Source: a virus
Taxonomy: Duplodnaviria > Heunggongvirae > Uroviricota > Caudoviricetes
Length of the DNA: 38,586 nt
Reading direction: 5' to 3' (one strand)
Virus record (IMG/VR): IMGVR_UViG_3300022821_000011
Coordinates: 77,134-115,719 of that record
The notes under the pieces were generated by a model. The model saw nothing but the letters and a program-made list of their open reading frames with translations, was not told the DNA's origin and ran no database searches. The position numbers and the translations under genes are program-made. Shown in pieces: positions 8,110 to 17,271 of this stretch (within the stretch, counting starts at the first letter, position 1; each line of letters opens with the position of its first letter).

Positions 8110-8282
8110 TTGCATTCACCTTTCCATTTCCAAGCACCAGTCGTTGGACAATGTAAAGCATAACCTCTAGAAATACCTTCGTTTTTTATTTCAGCGAGTT
8201 TAATAACTGTTAATCCAGTTATTAATACACTGCAAAACAGAGCCACACACAAAACAATTATAGCAGTTTCTTCATTATTCAT
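8106..8282 (-). CDS. 58-aa membrane-anchored protein
   Basis: Translated by hand (MNNEETAIIVLCVALFCSVLITGLTVIKL...); ATGA-coupled. Confidence 0.55.
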   Translation of the reverse strand: MNNEETAIIVLCVALFCSVLITGLTVIKLAEIKNEGISRGYALHCPTTGAWKWKGECK

Positions 8283-8452
8283 CTTGTTATTCCTTTACAT
8301 ATTTCACACTGCCAATATACACCACACTCATCTGTATGAATAATTCCCATACATTTTCCTCTTCCTCTTGGATTAAATCCTCTAATCCATCTAAGCCATT
8401 TTGAGCAAGCATGTTTTCTTGTATTTGGAACTCTTTTATAACTTGGCCACAT
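8279..8452 (-). CDS. 57-aa Cys-containing basic small protein
   Basis: Translated by hand (MWPSYKRVPNTRKHACSKW...CEIC); ATGA-coupled. Confidence 0.5.
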   Translation of the reverse strand: MWPSYKRVPNTRKHACSKWLRWIRGFNPRGRGKCMGIIHTDECGVYWQCEICKGITR

Positions 8453-8553
8453 TATAAATCACTCTAATTGTTGGCATATAAATCGTTATCATTCCCCATC
8501 CACAAGAACATGTAGTGAGAGAAGTACCAAGCTGCTTAGAACATTTTGGACAA

Positions 8554-8802
8554 TTATTCAACATCAACAAATGCTCTTTTCATATCTAATTGATCACTTT
8601 TATTTTCATTTAAGTCATAAGTTTCCATTACTTTTTGCATGTTACCAGGATTATTAATATTATCTTGCAATTCTTTTTTTGTTTCGCAAAAAATAGGATA
8701 ATCTTCCCAATCAAATGTATCACACATGATAATCATATAGTTTTGATTATTATCAACTCCACGATTAAACCAATCACTTATCATATCTCTAGTAGTAGTC
8801 AT
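8554..8802 (-). CDS. hypothetical phage protein
   Basis: 82-aa ORF with YMIIMCDTFDWEDYP motif. Confidence 0.65.
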   Translation of the reverse strand: MTTTRDMISDWFNRGVDNNQNYMIIMCDTFDWEDYPIFCETKKELQDNINNPGNMQKVMETYDLNENKSDQLDMKRAFVDVE

Positions 8803-9036
8803 TTAGTATTTTCCTTTAGCTTCTTTATATGCTTGTATAATTAATGAACATAACTTATATAAAATAACGATAAAAGCTACAACAAGCGAAAATAATAGAA
8901 AAATAATAGCCGGTATACCATTAGTTATAAAAGCTAATATTAAAAAGGTTGCAATCCACAACAACAAAAAACAAAAAATAAACATTGCTCCTTCATCATC
9001 ATCTAAAGAATTCCACATTTCAGTAATTAATTTCAT
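8803..9036 (-). CDS. two-TM membrane protein
   Basis: Two hydrophobic helices. Confidence 0.6.
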   Translation of the reverse strand: MKLITEMWNSLDDDEGAMFIFCFLLLWIATFLILAFITNGIPAIIFLLFSLVVAFIVILYKLCSLIIQAYKEAKGKY

Positions 9037-9045
9037 AATAATTTC

Positions 9046-9489
9046 CTATTTACAAATATTCATATGGTTTTTAAAATAATTATAGTGCATTTTAATATAA
9101 TGCTTAACAGATCTATTCTGCATTCCACCCTGTTTTGTAATAAAATCATTTACCCAATTAGGATAATTTTTAAATACGGCTGTAGTTAAATTATAATTTG
9201 CTACGCGATTGCCTTTAATATCTCTTTTATAAAGGGGATGAAACATAAAAACTGTATTTTTATGAGCGCATACCAAAGGTTTAGGAAGTGTAAGATAATA
9301 AGTACACATAGAAGAACAATCATTTTTCAGTTCTACTCGTGTATCATCTTTAGAAATCTTTTTTACTTTATCAAAATAATCAAGAACCAATCCGCCTCTA
9401 TCATTACTCACAACGATCGTATTTTCATAAGAAAATACGATCGTTGAAGTTAGCATTAATGCTACTGATATATACAAAATCTTTCTCAT
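9046..9489 (-). CDS. secreted protein with ClpP/crotonase-like core
   Basis: Signal-peptide-like N-terminus; NDRGGLV...CSSMCT...VCAHKNTVFMFH resembles the D.GG...C.SACT...C....A..GFH family. Confidence 0.5.
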   Translation of the reverse strand: MRKILYISVALMLTSTIVFSYENTIVVSNDRGGLVLDYFDKVKKISKDDTRVELKNDCSSMCTYYLTLPKPLVCAHKNTVFMFHPLYKRDIKGNRVANYNLTTAVFKNYPNWVNDFITKQGGMQNRSVKHYIKMHYNYFKNHMNICK

Positions 9490-9516
9490 ATCATTATCCT
9501 TTTAATATATGATAAT

Positions 9517-9524
9517 TATAAATA
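9517..9524 (+). promoter_or_regulatory. T4-type late promoter (TATAAATA)
   Basis: Exact match upstream of 9561. Confidence 0.6.
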
Positions 9525-9560
9525 ACATATAATATAATAAATGTCAATAGGTTAATTTCT

Positions 9561-9980
9561 ATGCAATATTCTGAAAAAACAAGAACTCAATCAAGCTCAA
9601 AGCCATTTAATGATACATGGATAAAATCAACTTGGCGTCCTGCTATGGCTATCGTTTATATGATTATCTGTTTATATGATTTTGTATTCGCAGATGTTCT
9701 TAGAATGTATTTAATAACTAGTGGATTAGTAGATCCAGCTTTAGTTGCTTCTTGGGTAGCTCAAACTTTATCAAACGGCGGAGTGTTTCATTTATCTATG
9801 GGAGTTATTCTCGGAGCTTCTGCTTGGACAAGAGGTCAAGAAAAGATTCGTAGAGTAGAAACTTATGGAAATAATCAGTTCTCAGATCCGTTCTTTAATA
9901 CTTCTTCTAGAACTAATATTCTGTCGCAGAGCGACATCATGAATGATCCTTCGGTTATACCTCCAGTTACAGGTAATTAG
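9561..9980 (+). CDS. 3TM holin-like membrane protein
   Basis: WRPAMAIVYMIICLYDF...GGVFHLSMGVILGASAWTRGQEK; similar to the GTA 3TM-holin-type family. Confidence 0.6.
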   Translation: MQYSEKTRTQSSSKPFNDTWIKSTWRPAMAIVYMIICLYDFVFADVLRMYLITSGLVDPALVASWVAQTLSNGGVFHLSMGVILGASAWTRGQEKIRRVETYGNNQFSDPFFNTSSRTNILSQSDIMNDPSVIPPVTGN

Positions 9981-9990
9981 TTTCTCGCTA

Positions 9991-10006
9991 CTTAAAGATC
10001 TTTAAG
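9991..10006. repeat. perfect 16-bp palindrome CTTAAAGATCTTTAAG
   Basis: Equals its own reverse complement; intergenic. Confidence 0.85.
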
Positions 10007-10045
10007 AACTTAGTTTAAAGGATACCTTAATAAGCAAGTATATTA

Positions 10046-10074
10046 ATTATAACAAGCTATTTTGATAATGTCAA
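10046..10074 (-). promoter_or_regulatory. sigma70-type promoter TTGACA-N17-TATAAT, antisense to the holin-like gene
   Basis: Exact consensus hexamers with 17-bp spacer on the minus strand. Confidence 0.75.
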
Positions 10075-10093
10075 CAACTATTTTGATAGAAAG

Positions 10094-10101
10094 TATAAAT
10101 A
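10094..10101 (+). promoter_or_regulatory. T4-type late promoter (TATAAATA)
   Basis: Exact match upstream of the lysis cluster. Confidence 0.65.
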
Positions 10102-10104
10102 ATA

Positions 10105-10293
10105 GTGTTAATACAATTTGATGAAAAACAACTTAGAAAAGCAACATTATGTTTTATTGATTTGTATAATGAAAAACCAATTAATTTTATTAAAGCATTA
10201 AAAATTGGTAAGTTAATGAAACTTAGGGGAGAATCTCCACTTTATCTATATGATGATATAAGTCGTACAATTATAGTAGATTCAATGGAGTGA
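10105..10293 (+). CDS. hypothetical protein (DUF2906/YrzK-like small protein)
   Basis: 62-aa ORF with GTG start; family resemblance weak. Confidence 0.45.
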   Translation: MLIQFDEKQLRKATLCFIDLYNEKPINFIKALKIGKLMKLRGESPLYLYDDISRTIIVDSME

Positions 10294-10297
10294 TTAA

Positions 10298-10813
10298 ATG
10301 TTTACAGCAATAACAACCATCTTAGGGGCTATGTCAACTATATTGCCAGCCATACTAAGATTTTTTGAATTAAAGCAGGAATATGCTCACAAAGAAAAAA
10401 TGTTTGAACTTCAAATGGAAGCAGTCTCTAGAGGACTTGAGTTCCAGATGGATATTGAAGATATTAAGGCTGATGTTAATGAGGGAGAATCTCTTCGCGC
10501 TCATGATATTGCTCTTGATGGTGGCCAGTTTTTTAACACACTACGAGCTTCTGTTCGTCCAGTAATAACATATATAATGTTTTTACTTTTTGTAGTAGTT
10601 AAATTTTCAGCTGCATATGTAATGATACAAGCAGGATCAGATATTCCAACTATGCTTTTAGCAGTATGGGATTCAGAAACAATGGCTATTTTTGGGTCAA
10701 TTATTGGTTTTTGGTTCGGATCTAGAGCTATAGAAAAGTGGATGAGATACCAAGACAATGGTGGTCGATTTGTTAAAAGATCAAGATATGCTAAAGGAGA
10801 TGATAAAAAATAA
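10298..10813 (+). CDS. 3TM-type holin
   Basis: LRASVRPVITY...WDSETMAIFGSIIGFWFGSRA, typical of the GTA_holin_3TM family; just upstream of the endolysin. Confidence 0.75.
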   Translation: MFTAITTILGAMSTILPAILRFFELKQEYAHKEKMFELQMEAVSRGLEFQMDIEDIKADVNEGESLRAHDIALDGGQFFNTLRASVRPVITYIMFLLFVVVKFSAAYVMIQAGSDIPTMLLAVWDSETMAIFGSIIGFWFGSRAIEKWMRYQDNGGRFVKRSRYAKGDDKK

Positions 10814-11079
10814 TGTTTAAAAATATAAAACATAGCGATATAATAATCAAAGTGCTTGAAGAAGCTAAAAAATATGACGAAAGCCATGGAAGCCCTCATG
10901 ATCGAGGAAGAGCTGATGCTTATTATGGCCGTCGTCATAAGCCACATAAGATTATACATACTTCAGGACAACCAAGTAAAACAGTCCACAAATCAGATTT
11001 AAAAGATCATGAAGTTAAAGCATATTCAGCTGGATATCAAAGCGCTATTGATGATGACGATTTTAAAGATTGGAACTAA
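10813..11079 (+). CDS. conserved phage protein (DRGxADxYYGR...PH family), possible internal head protein
   Basis: DRGRADAYYGRRHKPH ... AYSAGY motif; VLEEAK resembles a prohead-protease cleavage context. Confidence 0.55.
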   Translation: MFKNIKHSDIIIKVLEEAKKYDESHGSPHDRGRADAYYGRRHKPHKIIHTSGQPSKTVHKSDLKDHEVKAYSAGYQSAIDDDDFKDWN

Positions 11080-11085
11080 AATTTT

Positions 11086-11799
11086 ATGAAAAAGATAGAT
11101 CACAGATACCAGCAACTTTTAAAATCTCTTAATTTTTATAATGGCCCAGCTGATGGAATATTAGGACCTAATACTAAAAATGGAGTTATTTTATTTCAAA
11201 GAACTAATGGATTAGTCGCTGATGGAATTGTTGGGCAAAAAACTATAGCTGAATTTGAAAATCAACTTGCTTCAATTTCAGACAGACAAAACGATGATGA
11301 TGCAATTTATGCTGGCGTTAAGCCTTATTCAGTATGGCCTAGAGAAGGTACAAACTCTTTAACTAGGTTTTATGGCAATCCTGGCGAAAATCAAACTAGA
11401 ATTCAACTTCCTTATACAATGGTCTTAGCTTGGGATACAAGTAAAAAAGTAAATTCTATTGTATGTAATGTAAAAGTAGCTGAATCATTACAAAAAGTGT
11501 TGACACGTGTTTCTAATGAGTATACTATAGAAGAAATTAATCGCCATGGATTTAATTTATATGGTGGTTGTTTGAATGTCAGAAAAATTCGCGGAGGAAA
11601 CCGATGGTCTACACATGCTTGGGGTATTGCTATAGATTTTGATCCAGCAAGAAACGGATTAAGAACACCATGGAATAAAGCATATCTTGGGCGGCCAGAA
11701 TGTCAGAAATTCGTTCAGGCTTTTAAAGATGAAGGTTGGTATTCTTTAGGACTAGAGAAGAATTATGATGCAATGCATTTTCAGGCAGCCCATCGTTAA
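11086..11799 (+). CDS. endolysin: peptidoglycan-binding domain + M15 metallopeptidase
   Basis: GPADGILGPNTKNGVILFQRTNGLVADGIVG (PG_binding_1); RKIRGGNRWSTHAWGIAIDFD and DAMHFQ (Zn ligands H, D, H). Confidence 0.9.
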   Translation: MKKIDHRYQQLLKSLNFYNGPADGILGPNTKNGVILFQRTNGLVADGIVGQKTIAEFENQLASISDRQNDDDAIYAGVKPYSVWPREGTNSLTRFYGNPGENQTRIQLPYTMVLAWDTSKKVNSIVCNVKVAESLQKVLTRVSNEYTIEEINRHGFNLYGGCLNVRKIRGGNRWSTHAWGIAIDFDPARNGLRTPWNKAYLGRPECQKFVQAFKDEGWYSLGLEKNYDAMHFQAAHR

Positions 11800-12119
11800 A
11801 ATCAAATATTAAAGAATGATTTATTATGAAGTTATACATACACCTGATTATAACAGGAGTGTCAGCAGTGCATGACTTATCCCAAAAGAACACTAGAAGT
11901 TTTGTTATAAAAAATACAACTATTCCAATTAATAATGTTTTGGTTTCCATCAAATGGATATTAAAAGATAAATTATTAGAGGGCTCTACTATTGAACATA
12001 GCTAAAAGAGATATTGATTATTTAATTAAATGGATTCAAGAACCTAACATTGGAGAATCTGAATTTAATGATTTGTGTGTTAAAAGAAAAATCAAAAGAA
12101 TTGTTGAAGAATTATTAAA

Positions 12120-12311
12120 ATGAAAAATGTGATGTATCATAGTATATTTGGGACAAGATATAATAAAAATTGGGCTAATATTCATATAAAAGAAGAGTGC
12201 ATATATCAGGCCGATAAAAAAATAAACGGTTATTTCTTTTTAAGAAATGATATTGGTTTAGAAAATATTAAAGTGTCATTAATTAGAACAGTTGTAAATA
12301 GTCTTAGATGA
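12120..12311 (+). CDS. hypothetical protein
   Basis: 63-aa ORF, ATGA-coupled. Confidence 0.5.
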   Translation: MKNVMYHSIFGTRYNKNWANIHIKEECIYQADKKINGYFFLRNDIGLENIKVSLIRTVVNSLR

Positions 12312-12520
12312 ATAAAACAAAAGAAAAATTAATAGATATGAGCGAATGGCATGCTCATAATGATGTAGAAGAAATTCGAAATTCTATAGCTAAAGAAGCA
12401 TATGAATATATAGCATCTTTAGAATCTAAAATAGAAGATTTGAAAAAAACTTCGTTTGTAATTGAGAAGAAAAATCCTAAATGCAAATGTACTTCTTGTA
12501 AATGTCAAGATGAAAAATAA
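12308..12520 (+). CDS. hypothetical protein
   Basis: 70-aa ORF with C-terminal CKCTSCKC. Confidence 0.55.
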   Translation: MNKTKEKLIDMSEWHAHNDVEEIRNSIAKEAYEYIASLESKIEDLKKTSFVIEKKNPKCKCTSCKCQDEK

Positions 12521-12714
12521 ATATAATAATCCAAATTGTAAATTTTGTTCGCGTGGTGATTATAACGACTGGTCAGTTCGATGTTCATATTATGAAGATA
12601 ATAAAATTGATAGATATGATCAATATCCTGAAATTAATTACTCTCCATGCGAAATGAGATATGAAGAAAAATATAAAAACAAAACAATATGGGAAAAAAT
12701 AAAAATGTGGTTTA

Positions 12715-12996
12715 ATGCCAAAAGCTCATAGAAATACAGATTTAAGAGCATGTTCGGCTACTACGAGTGTAGTTGGCCAATCAACTGTAAAAGTGAATAG
12801 TCTTTTATGGGCTGTTAAAGATGATCCAAACAGCCATGGCGCTGGTAATTTAATTAATACAGGAACAACCGTTCGAATAGAAGGAAAACTGGTGATTGTT
12901 CATTCACCTGATCCAGCTACTGGTGATCTTGCTGGTCATCTTCCTTCATCTACCAAAACTGCTCAGGGCAGTCCAAATGTTTATGCTTATGGATAA
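12715..12996 (+). CDS. gp5.4: PAAR-type baseplate spike tip protein (T4 gp5.4-like)
   Basis: MPKAHRNTD...C.ATT...GQSTVKVN...AVKDD..SH ... TAQGSPNVYAYG. Confidence 0.8.
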   Translation: MPKAHRNTDLRACSATTSVVGQSTVKVNSLLWAVKDDPNSHGAGNLINTGTTVRIEGKLVIVHSPDPATGDLAGHLPSSTKTAQGSPNVYAYG

Positions 12997-13013
12997 GAAA
13001 GTGAATTTATATA

Positions 13014-14129
13014 ATGGCAAGAAAAAAAGCAACAGCAACAAGATCTCAACAATCAATACTTGATAAGCAGCATCTTGGAGCAGAACCAATTTATAGTATT
13101 GGTCATGTTCTTACTAGAACTCAAATAATGAGAGCATATAATTGGTATAATTATATGTGCACCAGAGAGAATGGATACAAATATCTATTAGAATATTTTA
13201 AAAATAATGATAAGAAGAAATATAATCTTATCAAAAAAACCCCAGAAAAAAACTTTCCACAGACTGTATATTGGATAGCACGAATCAAGAATCTTGGTTA
13301 TGTTTTGCCACTACAAACAAATACTTTTTTTATCAAGTCTTTAGATGATGCTATTAATAAAATTGATAGTGAAGATGCTATGAATAAGCCAACAAAAAAA
13401 GTTGATAATGTTATTTCAATTCAAGATAGAATAAAAGAAAAAAGAAGCGAAGTTGTAGGACAGCTAGAAGAAGTTTTAGATGAGCATGATTCTGAATTTT
13501 CGTTATATAATCATTTTTTAGCAAATGATATAGCAAAAATATATTGCCCATATATAGTTGATTATTATAAGCCGGTTCTTCAAGAATTGAATGATGTGCT
13601 AGGTAAAAAAGATAAGCAACTCAATGAAGCATATCGAATTTATACAGTTAAGCAAGTTAAAACTTTAAGAGATATAGTATCAGGATTTATTTCTGATTCC
13701 GAAAGATATAGTCAAAATAAAAAGACTGTGAATAAAAGAAAAGCTAAGACGAGTGTTTCGCTTGACAAAAAAGTAAAAAGCTTTAATTTCAAAAAAGAAG
13801 ATTCAGATCTTAAAATTGTATCAATTGATCCAACTATGATAATTGGTGCAAAAGAGATATGGTTTTATAACTCAAAATATTCAGCAGTTACTGTTATGAG
13901 ATCAGAATCTATTAATGGATTTGATATTAAAGGAACATCAATTTTAAATATTGATGAATCTAAATCAGAAGTTAAAAAGGTAGGAAATAAAGCTAAGAAA
14001 ATAGTTCAAGAAATTCTTAATGCTAATAAAGCATCTATGAAAAAAGTTTTAAAGAGTGTTAATACGAAATCTAATGTGCCAAGTCAAAGAACTACAAAAG
14101 ACATGGTGATACTGAAGGTTATTAAATAA
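13014..14129 (+). CDS. conserved large-myophage hypothetical protein
   Basis: 371-aa basic ORF (GAEP...RAYNWYNYM; IIGAKEIWFYNSKY). Confidence 0.7.
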   Translation: MARKKATATRSQQSILDKQHLGAEPIYSIGHVLTRTQIMRAYNWYNYMCTRENGYKYLLEYFKNNDKKKYNLIKKTPEKNFPQTVYWIARIKNLGYVLPLQTNTFFIKSLDDAINKIDSEDAMNKPTKKVDNVISIQDRIKEKRSEVVGQLEEVLDEHDSEFSLYNHFLANDIAKIYCPYIVDYYKPVLQELNDVLGKKDKQLNEAYRIYTVKQVKTLRDIVSGFISDSERYSQNKKTVNKRKAKTSVSLDKKVKSFNFKKEDSDLKIVSIDPTMIIGAKEIWFYNSKYSAVTVMRSESINGFDIKGTSILNIDESKSEVKKVGNKAKKIVQEILNANKASMKKVLKSVNTKSNVPSQRTTKDMVILKVIK

Positions 14130-14258
14130 TGAAATTGAATAAATTAATAATTCCTATTTTAATGATTGTATTTGGGATTGCTGGAAATATTATTTTTAGA
14201 GAAGCTCATTCTTATGAAATTATTTTGAAAATAGCGGAAACTTCAAATTTGTTTAAAG

Positions 14259-14266
14259 AATAAATA
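14259..14266 (+). promoter_or_regulatory. late-promoter variant AATAAATA
   Basis: One mismatch to TATAAATA, about 34 nt before 14300. Confidence 0.4.
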
Positions 14267-14299
14267 ACAATTCAGTTTTAATTTTATAAGGAAATTGTT

Positions 14300-14941
14300 A
14301 TGTCTGATAAATTTAGTTGGGGTTCGCATATTCCTATAAACAAATCAATATTAAAAACTTTTAATATAACAGGCGTGTTAGAGCTCGGAAGTGGGTTTCA
14401 TAGCACGCCTTTATTTTTTAATAGTTGTGATTATGCTATATCTGTCGAGCAGGATAAAGCATGGATTAAAAAGCTCAAAGAAGAGTCTCAGATTGTTGAA
14501 GATGGCAATCATTGTATGATATACCAAGATGTCGAACCTTGCACTCGAGCGACCCGCAGAAAAGATATAAGCAAAGATATATTAGATGCAGCCAGTGATT
14601 TTTTCATAGAAGTTTCTGCTGATGACAAATTGAATTTTCTTTTTGTCGATTGTTATTCTGGGTTTAGATTAGAAGCATTAGATTCAATACATCATAAATT
14701 TGATTGTATCGTGTTTCATGATGTTCAGCCAAGAGGCATGATAAATCATTCATATGAGCATTTTATTCCAAACAAAGATTTTGTTTTATTAAAAGATACT
14801 ACTTTTGTTTGTCATTCTGGAATACTAATTAAAAAAGAATTATTTGATGAAAAATTTGAAGAACTAAAAGACACTTTTGAAAAAGAAGTGCTTGAGTATG
14901 CTGGTAATGAAAGATTTAAGCCAACATTAGAAAAATGGTAA
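14300..14941 (+). CDS. SAM-dependent methyltransferase-like protein
   Basis: VLELGSGFHST, ISVEQD, FLFVDC, IVFHD (Methyltransf_24-like pattern). Confidence 0.65.
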   Translation: MSDKFSWGSHIPINKSILKTFNITGVLELGSGFHSTPLFFNSCDYAISVEQDKAWIKKLKEESQIVEDGNHCMIYQDVEPCTRATRRKDISKDILDAASDFFIEVSADDKLNFLFVDCYSGFRLEALDSIHHKFDCIVFHDVQPRGMINHSYEHFIPNKDFVLLKDTTFVCHSGILIKKELFDEKFEELKDTFEKEVLEYAGNERFKPTLEKW

Positions 14942-15585
14942 TATGTAAATCTCATAAGTTTATTTTTTTAAGACTTCCAAAGAATGCTTCTACTAGTTTG
15001 GCTACTTGGTTTGTAAAAAACTGCTGTACTGCTGAAGATTCTTTTACGCAAATTAATGATTCTGGAATAAAGAATACAAACATAAATTCTAATGTTATTA
15101 AAAAATATTCTAAACATTATCATTTTATTCATATGACTCTTCAAGAATTATTAGATGAAAAACTGATAACGCAAGAAGAAGCATTTAGTTTTCATATTAT
15201 AAGTGTTTTTAGGAATCCATATCATCGTCAATTGAGTCTTTTCTTTTTTTTAAATGGAGATAAAAATCCAGATAGATTTAGAATGATGTTTAAAAATGGT
15301 TGTCATGAAACAGATCCTTCAAATAAAATAACACAATCAGATTATTTAAAAATAAATGGTATAATGCATACAAATTGTGATATTTGGAAGTATGATAATA
15401 TAGATTTACATCTACAAGAATTTATAAATAATTATAAAATAGATGAAAGATTTAAGTTAGAAACATATAAATCTAATAAAAGACCAAATGATATCAAAGA
15501 ACTAGAGAATTTATATTACGATGATGCAACAAGAGAAGCCGTGTATCGGTACTATAGAGAAGATTTCGAATTACTCGGACTCTAA
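14935..15585 (+). CDS. sulfotransferase (Sulfotransfer_2-like)
   Basis: HKFIFLRLPKNASTS (5'-PSB loop) and FRNPYHRQLSLF (3'-PB motif). Confidence 0.8.
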   Translation: MVICKSHKFIFLRLPKNASTSLATWFVKNCCTAEDSFTQINDSGIKNTNINSNVIKKYSKHYHFIHMTLQELLDEKLITQEEAFSFHIISVFRNPYHRQLSLFFFLNGDKNPDRFRMMFKNGCHETDPSNKITQSDYLKINGIMHTNCDIWKYDNIDLHLQEFINNYKIDERFKLETYKSNKRPNDIKELENLYYDDATREAVYRYYREDFELLGL

Positions 15586-16291
15586 ATCATATATCGATAG
15601 AGCACTTATTATACGCAGAGATCAAGTAAAATTATCTCGAGATTATGCTCAAGATTGTGCTGAGTCATGTGAAAAACATGGCTTAAAATATGAGTTTATA
15701 CAAGCAATAGAATTCATGGAAAGAGATGCAGCTTTTGCTGCTGTTGGCGTTAAAGCCAAACATAAATATAATAACACTATTGGTAATATATGTTGCCACG
15801 CTTCTCATGTTAAATGTTGGAAACGCATTATAGAACTTGGTAAACCCTGTATAATTCTAGAGCATGATGCTTTAATTGTTGGTGATGTTCAACATATAGA
15901 AACACCAGATATGGCTGTTGTTACTTTTGGACATCGTGTTATAGCTAAAGATAGCTATTCTCCACCAAACAAACCAACTGAATTAATTGAAATTAAAAAA
16001 GCTGTAGGAGTTCACGCATGTGGATTGACTCCAACTACAGCAACTTGGTTATATGAAAATGCAAGAGATGTTGGAATAGATGTGGGGGTTGATAGATGGC
16101 TAATGATGCAAAGATCAAGTGGATTGCCATTATATGTGTGTGAACCACCACAAGCCGTTTGTTGGGCCAGAGTATCAACTTCTAATTTTAAAGAAACAGA
16201 TAAAAATAAAGATTGTGAAAGAAAAGGATCGACCGTAAATAATTATAAAGAAGCATTAACTGAAGGTTGGCACAAAGGATTAAAGAAATGA
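15521..16291 (+). CDS. glycosyltransferase family 25-like
   Basis: ICCHASHVKCWKRIIELGKPCIILEHDA matches GT25 (GC..SH...W.........ILEDDA); start codon uncertain. Confidence 0.75.
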   Translation: MMQQEKPCIGTIEKISNYSDSKSYIDRALIIRRDQVKLSRDYAQDCAESCEKHGLKYEFIQAIEFMERDAAFAAVGVKAKHKYNNTIGNICCHASHVKCWKRIIELGKPCIILEHDALIVGDVQHIETPDMAVVTFGHRVIAKDSYSPPNKPTELIEIKKAVGVHACGLTPTTATWLYENARDVGIDVGVDRWLMMQRSSGLPLYVCEPPQAVCWARVSTSNFKETDKNKDCERKGSTVNNYKEALTEGWHKGLKK

Positions 16292-16959
16292 AAGGAGCTG
16301 TTTTTGGAATTCAAAGAGCTGGAACTAATTTTACAGAAACTTTATTAAAAGAGCATTTTAAAGTTAGTGTTGCTAACAAAGATAAAAATTATATTTGGAA
16401 ACATTCACACAATTTTGATTTAAGTAAATTTGATAGTGACAATTTTAATATTTACATTGTTAAATATCCGTATAGTTGGATAGAATCTATTAGAAGAAAA
16501 TCAGTCGATATAATAAAAAGACATCCAGAAATAAAAACTGATAATAATACTAAAACTGATTTTAAAGGGATTGATCTTTATAAATTAGCAAAATTATATA
16601 ATGATCATACTTTGTGGTGGCACAAAGAAGAAGTTAAAAAAGCAGCTAAATATATCTATGTACATTATGAAAAGCTAATACACAGTGATGATGATATAAA
16701 GCATTTTCTCAATGTTTTCCAGTCCACTTATAGCATAAATCCACCACACGACATTAGTGTTATAAAACATCTACAAAAAGTATCACAATCTGATAAGTGG
16801 ACAGAAGAAACCAGAGATATGTATCTTAATAAAAAATTATTAACTCTTGAGTGGAAACACATTGAAGAAATTAATGAAGCTTTTAGTGATGATTTATTTC
16901 AAGTAACTGGATATAAAAGAATAACTTCAGAAGTTGAACTAAAAGAAAACCATAAATAG
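16288..16959 (+). CDS. second sulfotransferase-like protein
   Basis: GIQRAGTN loop, VKYPYSWIES and HYEKL motifs; start moved to the ATG coupled to the GT25 stop. Confidence 0.7.
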   Translation: MKGAVFGIQRAGTNFTETLLKEHFKVSVANKDKNYIWKHSHNFDLSKFDSDNFNIYIVKYPYSWIESIRRKSVDIIKRHPEIKTDNNTKTDFKGIDLYKLAKLYNDHTLWWHKEEVKKAAKYIYVHYEKLIHSDDDIKHFLNVFQSTYSINPPHDISVIKHLQKVSQSDKWTEETRDMYLNKKLLTLEWKHIEEINEAFSDDLFQVTGYKRITSEVELKENHK

Positions 16960-16977
16960 AAATAAAGGATAATAAAT

Positions 16978-17271
16978 ATGGATAATTTTAAAGAATTTAA
17001 TGATGAACATAAAAACATTAAAGAAATGTTTGATGTAGATACACTTAGAAATTTAGAAAAAATGCCTCATGATGAAGCAAAATCTACTGCTCATGGCTGG
17101 GTTGACAACATGAAAAAGACAAAGCCTCATGTTAAAGCTAGACTCAAGAGAGACATAGATAGTTCTCCTCATTCTGGAGAAGTTTCTCGTATTATGTGGC
17201 AAACGTATTTATCTGGAACTGGCCATGGTGTTATGGGATCTGCTTGGAAAAAGCAAATGAAAGATGTTTAA
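16978..17271 (+). CDS. putative internal head protein
   Basis: Begins MDNFKEFNDE; preceded by CATAAATA (16951-16958) and an RBS. Confidence 0.5.
   Translation: MDNFKEFNDEHKNIKEMFDVDTLRNLEKMPHDEAKSTAHGWVDNMKKTKPHVKARLKRDIDSSPHSGEVSRIMWQTYLSGTGHGVMGSAWKKQMKDV

Noticed and set aside
9515-9547. Minus-strand sigma70 promoter for the early block (TTGACA at 9542-9547)
   Set aside because: The nearest TATAAT is 21 bp away and the 17-bp position reads TATTTA; at best weak.
11723-11953. Antisense ORF as a spanin
   Set aside because: Overlaps the endolysin end on the opposite strand, has no RBS or lipobox, and plus-strand small ORFs explain 11828-12123.
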